Positions 1 to 7,025 of a stretch of 27,178 nucleotides of DNA are shown piece by piece; position 1 is the first letter of the stretch, and each line of letters begins with the position of its first letter. Position numbers and translations under genes: made by a program. This DNA comes from Candidatus Thorarchaeota archaeon (GTDB taxonomy: Archaea > Asgardarchaeota > Thorarchaeia > Thorarchaeales > Thorarchaeaceae). The stretch lies in assembly GCA_020348985.1 (NCBI GenBank), contig CP070761.1, positions 2,712,109-2,739,286 of the forward strand, given 5' to 3'. The notes under the pieces were generated by a model. The model did no database searches. It was not told the DNA's origin and saw only the letters and a list, made by a program, of their open reading frames with translations.

Positions 1-507
1 ATGAAACGGGTGCTTGTTCTAGGCAAAAGTGGCTCTGGAAAATCGAGCTTCGCGGAAAGACTAGCAGAGAAGCCGGGGATTCCATGCGTCCATCTCGATT
101 CCCACTACTGGAAACCAAACTGGGTTCCCACTCCTATTGAAGAATGGCCACACATAATCGGCAAGCTGATAGCCGAAGATGAATGGGTGATGGATGGGAA
201 CTACTCCAACACATTGGACGAAAGGATGCAACGCGCTGATACTGCGATCTATCCTCAAGTTAGGCGTCCTGTGGCCATTTGGATAATAATCAGAAGAAGG
301 ATCGCTAATCATAGGAGGGTCCGCGCTGGACTTCCAGAAGGCTGTTATGAGAAGATTGACCTCGATTTTCTGAAATGGATATGGAATCATCCAAAGAGAG
401 CGAAAAGGGGCACATTTCCTATTCTGGAGAAGTACTCTAACTCAGAGAAGACTATTCTTCATCTAAACTCGAAGGAAGCACAGGAGTTACTTGATGCTGT
501 GACTTAG
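1..507 (+). CDS. P-loop adenylate-kinase-like protein, topology modulation protein (FlaR-like) family
   Basis: Walker A GKSGSGKS directly after MKRVLVL; family-type motifs HLDSHYWKPNW, WVMDGNYS, PEGCYEKIDLDFLKWIW. ATG at base 1, so the upstream context is not visible. Confidence 0.8.
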   Translation: MKRVLVLGKSGSGKSSFAERLAEKPGIPCVHLDSHYWKPNWVPTPIEEWPHIIGKLIAEDEWVMDGNYSNTLDERMQRADTAIYPQVRRPVAIWIIIRRRIANHRRVRAGLPEGCYEKIDLDFLKWIWNHPKRAKRGTFPILEKYSNSEKTILHLNSKEAQELLDAVT

Positions 508-1232
508 TACTGTAGGTCGCCTGGAGTGATGCTCCTTCTATGCAAGGCTGTAGCAACCAGTACCTCGCCAGCTCCAATCTTCTCAAGTTCACCCAAGTCG
601 TGAGGATCTCTCACTCCGCCTCCGGCGATTATGCTCATGCTGGTGGCGTCACACACATCGATTAGAGCATCATGGATTGGACCTTTTTCGGTGCCAACCA
701 AAGATAACTCCAAGACTATGAGTCTCTTGAGGTCCGTATTCTCAAGTTCGACTGCCACACTGACAGGCATCATCTCCCTCACAATCGGGTTCTTGGAAAG
801 CACAACTCCCTCTTTCAAGTCAAGAGACCCTACGACAGATCCCGGATACTCATCTACTGCCCGACCAAATGCTTGAAGGGAATCCATGGTCTCAGTCGCC
901 AGTATAACGTGCTTCACACCCGACTTCATTAGTCTGTCAAAACCCTCCATACTGAGAAGACCATAATCAAGGATCACATCAAGATTGGTTTGCTCGATGA
1001 TTCTTTGAACGTGCTCAAGATTGCTCCCTTGTTTTCTAATTGCGTCGAGGTCAGCGATGTAAATCTCAGTGAACCCGAATGTTTCTCTAAAAGCCATTGA
1101 GATGTCGACTGGATCCGCCCCTTCCACGAGACCACTAACAACTGGCCTGTAGAGGTCTCTCTCACCTGCAACACCATGGACGACTTCGCCATTCATCAAA
1201 TCCAATACAGGAATAACCTTTGGATACTTCAT
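504..1232 (-). CDS. HisA/HisF-related TIM-barrel protein (type associated with archaeal C1/methanofuran gene clusters)
   Basis: VIPVLDLMNGEVVHGVAGER..YRP, YIADLDAI, ILATET, SLDLKEG, GGGVR, LVATALH; 242 aa; divergent from mfnD; no other his genes in the window. Confidence 0.8.
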   Translation of the reverse strand: MKYPKVIPVLDLMNGEVVHGVAGERDLYRPVVSGLVEGADPVDISMAFRETFGFTEIYIADLDAIRKQGSNLEHVQRIIEQTNLDVILDYGLLSMEGFDRLMKSGVKHVILATETMDSLQAFGRAVDEYPGSVVGSLDLKEGVVLSKNPIVREMMPVSVAVELENTDLKRLIVLELSLVGTEKGPIHDALIDVCDATSMSIIAGGGVRDPHDLGELEKIGAGEVLVATALHRRSITPGDLQY

Positions 1233-1260
1233 TTCGTGTCTGAGGATTTTGGGCCACGAG

Positions 1261-1270
1261 TCTTATAGGT
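1261..1270. promoter_or_regulatory. Putative shared bidirectional TATA element between the hisA-like gene and mfnD
   Basis: TCTTATAGGT: TTATAG on + is about 32 nt before ATG 1301; TATAAG on - is about 29 nt before ATG 1232. No clear SD before either start, consistent with leaderless archaeal transcripts. Confidence 0.45.
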
Positions 1271-1300
1271 TGCTCCCTCGATATCAAACGTGAGCGATTG

Positions 1301-2503
1301 ATGCAGGTCTTTCTTTACGAGCACATTTCAAGCGGAGGGTTCGTAGGACGTCCTTGGGAGCCTCGGTTTGCCTCTCAAGGCCTCGCAATGTTTTATACAA
1401 TGGTCGCTGCACTTGCTTCAGAAGGCCATGAAGTTGTGTCCCTCGTTGACGCAAGAATCCCAGAAGCCGTTCTCCCTCCTCAGACCACGACTCACTCAGT
1501 TAGGTCCGGCGAAGATTGGGAAGCATCGATGAGGATTGCCTGCAGAGACTCAGATCTAGGAATAGTAATCGCCCCAGAAGACGAGGGTATCCTTCTGAAC
1601 ATAATAGAGGCAGTGCGTTCCACTGGCCTAGGAGTGATAGGTCCAGATTTGGAAACCGCAGAGCTGTGCTCTGATAAGAGTCAATGTATCGAGCTCTTCG
1701 AAGATCTCTCTCTGAGTGTATCACCATATCTAGTTGGAACACCAGAGGAGATTCTCGGACAAGAATTGGAATCGATTGGGTATCCATCTGTCGCCAAGCC
1801 ATCAATGTCTTCCGGAGGGACACACCTTCACTTGGTTGAGAGTCCGGAAGAACTCGAGAGTCTAATGAACACAATTGAAGAGGAACATGGCCCTAAGCAT
1901 CTGATTGTTCAGGAACACGCAACCGGCGAAGACGTTAGTGCCTCTCTCCTAGTTTCTCCGGACGAATGCAAGTTGTTGTCCACCAACCGACAAGATATAT
2001 CCCTAGGAGACTTCATCACGGAGTCTGGCTATCTTGGCGGAGAATGCCCACTCGACAAAACCGATAGCGACCGTGTTTCAGAAACCGCCATGAAGATAAT
2101 TGAAGCGCTACCCGGTCTCAAAGGGTACGTTGGGATTGACTTCATTCTGGGTGAGGAAAGAGTAATCCCGTTAGAAATCAATGCACGTCTCACTGTCTCG
2201 GCGGTTGGAATTGCAAGGACTCGCGGACAGACTTCTCTCTCTGCCATTCTTGACTGCGTCGATGGACCGATACGCCCGATCCCTGAATCAATCGGGTATG
2301 CAGCATTTGCAGAGTCCGACCCCATTCACTCTGAGTTAACGCCTTTCGAAGACCTCATGAGTATAGAAGGTGTCGTGAGTCCCGCAGTACCTCTCGAAGG
2401 ATTATCTGTCAGCCCATATCTTTGTGGATGGGGAAAATCACGTATGGAAGCAAGAGAGGATCTCAGAAGAATAAGAAGAGAAGTTGAGAAAACCTGGAGT
2501 TGA
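1301..2503 (+). CDS. mfnD: Tyramine--L-glutamate ligase (ATP-grasp), methanofuran biosynthesis
   Basis: N-terminal FLYEHISSGG...GLAM, IAPEDEGIL, CSDK, ATP-grasp motifs AKP..SGG, VQE, NRQ, YLGG.CP, GYVGIDF, EINARLT; directly upstream of mfnF/mfnE. Start ATG 1301 (TTG 1298 is an alternative). Confidence 0.8.
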   Translation: MQVFLYEHISSGGFVGRPWEPRFASQGLAMFYTMVAALASEGHEVVSLVDARIPEAVLPPQTTTHSVRSGEDWEASMRIACRDSDLGIVIAPEDEGILLNIIEAVRSTGLGVIGPDLETAELCSDKSQCIELFEDLSLSVSPYLVGTPEEILGQELESIGYPSVAKPSMSSGGTHLHLVESPEELESLMNTIEEEHGPKHLIVQEHATGEDVSASLLVSPDECKLLSTNRQDISLGDFITESGYLGGECPLDKTDSDRVSETAMKIIEALPGLKGYVGIDFILGEERVIPLEINARLTVSAVGIARTRGQTSLSAILDCVDGPIRPIPESIGYAAFAESDPIHSELTPFEDLMSIEGVVSPAVPLEGLSVSPYLCGWGKSRMEAREDLRRIRREVEKTWS

Positions 2504-2507
2504 CTTG

Positions 2508-3563
2508 ATGAGAGTCGTAGGTCTGGACATCGGAGGAGCGAATGTCAAGGGATGCGGAATCTCAATCGATGTGTCTGGGGAACTATCAGGAGTCATTTCT
2601 GTTTCTCATGACTTTCCTATTTGGCTGCGCGACAGACTTCAGCTCTGGGGTCTTCTTGAAGAGTCCATTGAGTATCTTGCTGAAAGAATGAAGCCTGATA
2701 TGGTCTCGGTTGTGATGACTGCGGAACTCTCGGACACATTTTCAACAAAGCGTGAAGGAGTTTTGACGATTGTCGAAGGACTGGAAGAGATTCTTGATAG
2801 TGAATCTCTTCTGTTCCCCACGGTGGATCTTGAGCTATTCAATTTGGAGCAAGCAAAGGTCAACCCCCTTTCTATTGCTGCGGCGAATTGGCCAGCACTT
2901 GCATGGGCAGTTGGCAGGAAAGTTTCTGAATGTCTGTTGATTGACATAGGTTCCACTACAACGGATATTATTCCGATTTCTGACGGTCTTCCCCAGACAT
3001 TCGGCAGTGATGACACGTCACGGTTGACCCATGGAGAGCTAGTCTACACAGGCGCACTAAGGACTGACCTCCCAGCGATAGTAAAGTTCGTCAACATAGA
3101 CGGCAACAAAGTTCGAGTATCATCAGAACGCTTTGCGTTTTCGGCTGACGTCCATCTTGTCCTGTCCAACATAACTGAAAGCCAGTATACGTGCGACACA
3201 GCTGATGGTCGTGGAAAGACGGTGGAGGAGAGCGCAGCACGAATAGCACGATTGGTGTGCGGGGACATTGAGTCTTTGACCAAAGAACAGATCCTTTCAG
3301 TAGCAAGTCAAGTCTATGAACATCAGCTCATTGACATTGCAGATGGTGTGAAGCAGGTCATCAACGAACACGAGCTTCCTTCAGACTGCCCTGTCATTCT
3401 CTCAGGTTTGGGTGCCTACTTCCTAGGACGCCCTGCTGCCGAGAAGACGAATCTTGGCAGTCAGCACAGTGTTCAAGAGGTTCTGGGTATAGACGAGAAT
3501 GTTGCAGAGACCGCATACGCGTGTGCATTGTTTGCTGGTTTGGCAAAGAGTGATGACCAATGA
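2508..3563 (+). CDS. mfnF: MfnF, hydantoinase A/oxoprolinase-family coupling enzyme of methanofuran biosynthesis
   Basis: GLDIGGANVK, VVMTAELSDTF..KREGV, AAANW, IDIGSTTTDIIPI, GELVYTG.LRT, TADGR. Start moved to ATG 2508 behind GGAGT at 2496-2500. Confidence 0.9.
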   Translation: MRVVGLDIGGANVKGCGISIDVSGELSGVISVSHDFPIWLRDRLQLWGLLEESIEYLAERMKPDMVSVVMTAELSDTFSTKREGVLTIVEGLEEILDSESLLFPTVDLELFNLEQAKVNPLSIAAANWPALAWAVGRKVSECLLIDIGSTTTDIIPISDGLPQTFGSDDTSRLTHGELVYTGALRTDLPAIVKFVNIDGNKVRVSSERFAFSADVHLVLSNITESQYTCDTADGRGKTVEESAARIARLVCGDIESLTKEQILSVASQVYEHQLIDIADGVKQVINEHELPSDCPVILSGLGAYFLGRPAAEKTNLGSQHSVQEVLGIDENVAETAYACALFAGLAKSDDQ

Positions 3564-4213
3564 TTATTGTGATTAAGATTGGCGGAAGCTTGTTGGATGA
3601 TCCATTCAACGTCAAAGTCAGAGCTCTAGCGCGAGCTGTTTCAAATCTGGGTAGGACGGGTGACCATACTTGCGTTCTTGTTCCAGGCGGAGGTCCATTT
3701 GCTGATATTGTGAGGAACACTCAGGCTAAGCTAGATCTTGCAGATGAAACGGCTCACTGGATGGCGGTCTTGAGCCAGAATCAATATGGCCTCATTCTCT
3801 CGGAACTCCTGCCTGAAGCCAACATCGTGGAGTCGATGAACCAAATCAATGAGCTCCAATGGCCTGGAGTTCATATTCTTCTGCCGTACGATTTGGTCAG
3901 ACAGACTGACGAGTTGCCTCACTGCTGGGATGTGACAGGAGACAGTATAGCACTCTGGATTGGTATACTGACCAATGCAGACTATGTTGTTCTTCTTAAG
4001 AGTGTTGATGGAATCTTCCAGAAGGGGGCTCTGATTTCTGAAGTGCGCGCTGACGAGCTTGAGGTAAAAGATGAAGCCCGAGTTCTGGATTCGCATCTCC
4101 CGAATCTTGTAGGTAGATTCCTTGGAAGAATTGTGGTCATGAATGGTGGAAAGCCCAGCCTCTTGGAGAAACTCGTTACTGAGGGGGTTGTCGAGGGTAC
4201 CAAAATCATCTAG
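3560..4213 (+). CDS. mfnE: [5-(aminomethyl)furan-3-yl]methyl phosphate kinase (amino-acid-kinase family)
   Basis: VIKIGGSL, VPGGGPFAD.VR, AHWMA, LPHCWDVTGDSIA, KSVDGI; ATGA overlap with the mfnF stop. Confidence 0.85.
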   Translation: MIIVIKIGGSLLDDPFNVKVRALARAVSNLGRTGDHTCVLVPGGGPFADIVRNTQAKLDLADETAHWMAVLSQNQYGLILSELLPEANIVESMNQINELQWPGVHILLPYDLVRQTDELPHCWDVTGDSIALWIGILTNADYVVLLKSVDGIFQKGALISEVRADELEVKDEARVLDSHLPNLVGRFLGRIVVMNGGKPSLLEKLVTEGVVEGTKII

Positions 4214-4214
4214 A

Positions 4215-4925
4215 TCATGCTAGAAGGCTCTTGAGGGCCGCGACCAACTCGCCATCCACCCTTCCGTCTCTTCTGTCGTTTTCCCTGAGTGCTGCTCCTC
4301 TCACTCCTACGGTGTGAGGGCGAAGATTGATGGCACGCCTGAAGGAATCTCCAGAGAGTGATCCTGCCAGGGCGAATTCAATTCCGTGTTCATTTGCCTG
4401 GTCAATCAGTTTCTTTATGTTCGCCTCAGATTGAAACTCGAAAAGGCTCCTCCCATCTTTGACCGCCGTGTCCAGCATCATCACGCTTGCGCCGGATTCC
4501 AGTGCGACGTGTGGAAGTAATGTGGGATTAAGTGTACCAGCTCGTTCATAATCCCCATAGGCGCACGCTACTACTCTCACATTTGGATGAAACTCATTCA
4601 GCGTAGAACAGACTGACCTCATCACCGTGACTGCTTCAGAGCTGTCCTTTGGCCCGTGCAAACCAATCTTGACATAATCCGCCCCTGAAACTGCCGCGCC
4701 TAAGGCTGCTTGGGCCACAGTCCCGGGAAGATATGGAACATCGCCCACAGCAGCACTCACAGGAATCTCTGGCGGGATCGTTTCCCGAATCCTCTTGATG
4801 AGAGACGGCAACGCAGCACCGAGTGACCCTTCTGATGGATTTTTGACATCGATGATGTCCGCACCAGCCTCCACTGCAACTAGTGCGTCCCTCTCATCGG
4901 TCGGAGTCACGAGCAGCTTAATCAT
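4215..4925 (-). CDS. mfnB: (5-formylfuran-3-yl)methyl phosphate synthase (4-HFC-P synthase)
   Basis: IIDVKNPSEGSLGA, SAAVGD, DYVKIGL, MLDTAVKDG, LAGSL, GVRGA. Start moved to ATG 4925 (MIKLLVTP), matching the family N-terminus. Confidence 0.92.
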   Translation of the reverse strand: MIKLLVTPTDERDALVAVEAGADIIDVKNPSEGSLGAALPSLIKRIRETIPPEIPVSAAVGDVPYLPGTVAQAALGAAVSGADYVKIGLHGPKDSSEAVTVMRSVCSTLNEFHPNVRVVACAYGDYERAGTLNPTLLPHVALESGASVMMLDTAVKDGRSLFEFQSEANIKKLIDQANEHGIEFALAGSLSGDSFRRAINLRPHTVGVRGAALRENDRRDGRVDGELVAALKSLLA

Positions 4926-5036
4926 GTCTGATTCGTAAACGACGGGAAACAATCATCTTAATGTTTGCTTCGCTGTTTGCGGACACACGCACACTCCGAT
5001 AACATCTTAGGTCGGTCTTCCGGCACACAACCTGCA

Positions 5037-5942
5037 ATGCAATTGACTCCCGAGCTGATCCTGGGCTCTATGGCTGGCCTTGTTGGTTCTGCAGTGTTTG
5101 CTTTTTCTGTTGTTGTCTACAGGTCTCAGAGCAAAGAGATTCGTCCTCTTGCAATCAGCTCAATCAAGATGTGGGTTGCACTTCCAGTGATGGCATTCGC
5201 ACTACTATTGCCGTTTGCAGGAAATCCCCTAACGGTCCCACTCCATACAATGTTCTTACTCGCAATCTCGATTCTGTTTGGTGCGGTGATTGGCGACACA
5301 ATCTATCTGATTAGCCAAGAACGCATTGGTGTCTCGTATGCTTTTCCAGTCGCGATGTCATTCCCAATCATGACCTTTGCCTTTACAATCTTCTTTCTAG
5401 GGGAGCCACTAATTGTGACCAGACTAGTAGGAGCGGTCATTGCAGTAGTTGGAATCGTGATTCTCTCCAATGAGCAGAGCAAAGAGAACTCGTCTTCGGA
5501 GGAAAGTGGGATATCCGACGTCATAGGAATAGGATTGGCACTTCTCACAGCTTTGCTCTACGCTGCAGGCACCACAATACTGCAGGTCGGACTTAGTGAC
5601 ATCGACCCTTTTGCAGGTAACTTCCTGAGGGTAGCATTCGGATCAATTGCGTTTGTTCCAATGTTTGCAGTTGCACGGTATCGAGGGATGCCAAGGCCTA
5701 CAATGCGCGCTACGAAGGTCGTGGCAATTGCAGGCTTCTTCGGGATGGGAATTGGCTCACTTCTCTACGTAACGGCAGTCAAGTATGCGGGTGCCGCCAT
5801 AACTTCTGTCTTGGCTTCAACTGCTCCGCTCTGGGCCGTGCCAGTCTCAGTGTTTTTCTTGAAGGAGAGACTCACTAGGATGTCCGTAGTCGGCATTCTG
5901 GCGACTGTGGTTGGAGTCTTCCTGGTAATCATGGGATTCTAG
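5037..5942 (+). CDS. DMT/EamA-family transporter (two EamA repeats, about 10 TM)
   Basis: Two hydrophobic halves ending in FFLGEPL and FFLKERLT with G-rich final helices; IGVSYAFP / AGAAITSV repeat pattern. Start taken at ATG 5037 (MQLTPELI). Confidence 0.85.
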   Translation: MQLTPELILGSMAGLVGSAVFAFSVVVYRSQSKEIRPLAISSIKMWVALPVMAFALLLPFAGNPLTVPLHTMFLLAISILFGAVIGDTIYLISQERIGVSYAFPVAMSFPIMTFAFTIFFLGEPLIVTRLVGAVIAVVGIVILSNEQSKENSSSEESGISDVIGIGLALLTALLYAAGTTILQVGLSDIDPFAGNFLRVAFGSIAFVPMFAVARYRGMPRPTMRATKVVAIAGFFGMGIGSLLYVTAVKYAGAAITSVLASTAPLWAVPVSVFFLKERLTRMSVVGILATVVGVFLVIMGF

Positions 5943-5943
5943 A

Positions 5944-6876
5944 CTAGGGTGCCGCTCCCAATGTGATATAGGTCTCGAAAACATCATTTGCTCTGTGGAA
6001 TCTTACGAGCAGCTTCTCGCCTACACCCTTTTGGAGAATCTTCCTACGTAGATCGTCCATTCCAACCACATCGTCCCCATCAACGCTGATGATGACGTCA
6101 CCAGGCCGCAGACCAACGTCCGATGCTGGCCCCCTTGGGATTTCCAAGAGTAGCGCTCCTTGGTCGATTTGAAGACGGTAATGAGCCGCAATTGCCTTGT
6201 TCAGTGTGACTCCTACAACTCCCAGCCAGGGAGTCCTAATGTCGCCTGTCTGGCGAAGTTCATCAAATGCCGCCTTCACTTCATCCGCGGCTATGGCAAA
6301 ACCGATTCCTTGAGACCAAGGAATCATGGCAGTCGGGACCCCGATTAGGCATCCATCTGAGTCTACGAGTGCTCCTCCACTATTGCCGGGGTTAATCTGT
6401 GCAGACGTTTGGACAAGTCCTTCAAGGTAGGTGTTTCTGCTCTGTATTGTACGATCGATTGCACTTACCATTCCAAACGTCACCGTTGTGCCAAGTCCAA
6501 GAGGATTGCCCACGGCTATTGCGAATTGTCCCATTCTAAGTGATGTACATTCACTCATCTTGATTGGAACGAGATCATCTGCTTCAATCTTTAAGATCGC
6601 AATGTCTCGAGCTTTTGACAAACCCATTATGCGTGCCTTGAAGGTACGACCATCATTGAGAGTCACCTCAACGTCACTAAAGCCTGCAACGACGTGAGCG
6701 TTTGTTACAATGTAGCCATCTTCAGAAAGAATCACTCCCGACCCTTGTCCCTGAACTGGAGCCACTTGGGACAGATTCACACGGGTGAGCTTCGTAACTG
6801 AGACACTCACAACGCTAGGAATCACTTTGTCGACGACGCCTACTACTCTCTCTTCCAAGTTCTTGAACTCGGTCAT
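5944..6876 (-). CDS. htrA: HtrA/DegP-like trypsin serine protease with one PDZ domain and no N-terminal anchor
   Basis: GSGVI, TNAHVV (His), DIAILKI (Asp), QTSAQINPGNSGGAL (Ser), PWLGV and GPASDVGLRPGDVII (PDZ). Confidence 0.9.
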   Translation of the reverse strand: MTEFKNLEERVVGVVDKVIPSVVSVSVTKLTRVNLSQVAPVQGQGSGVILSEDGYIVTNAHVVAGFSDVEVTLNDGRTFKARIMGLSKARDIAILKIEADDLVPIKMSECTSLRMGQFAIAVGNPLGLGTTVTFGMVSAIDRTIQSRNTYLEGLVQTSAQINPGNSGGALVDSDGCLIGVPTAMIPWSQGIGFAIAADEVKAAFDELRQTGDIRTPWLGVVGVTLNKAIAAHYRLQIDQGALLLEIPRGPASDVGLRPGDVIISVDGDDVVGMDDLRRKILQKGVGEKLLVRFHRANDVFETYITLGAAP

Positions 6877-7025
6877 TGCAGGTTGCCGATTGCTACCGCC
6901 AATATTAGTTTGCCGAAGACGACAAAGGGAAGATGGAGCTCGATAATTGATTAGAAACCTTTTGGTTGCTCAGAGCAACTGCGGGGGCCAGCTAGGTCTG
7001 TGTCTCAACTGTGACTCCTTTACCA

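Noticed and set aside
1-507. Possible decay of the first ORF (Pro at positions usually hydrophobic: LAEKPGIP, AIYPQV)
   Set aside because: The frame is intact with all core motifs; this could be divergence or edge-of-contig error, which is not enough to call a pseudogene.
504-1232. Calling this gene hisA (histidine biosynthesis)
   Set aside because: Motifs (GER..YRP, YIADLDAI, ATET) and the mfn context fit the HisA-related family; no his operon genes are nearby.
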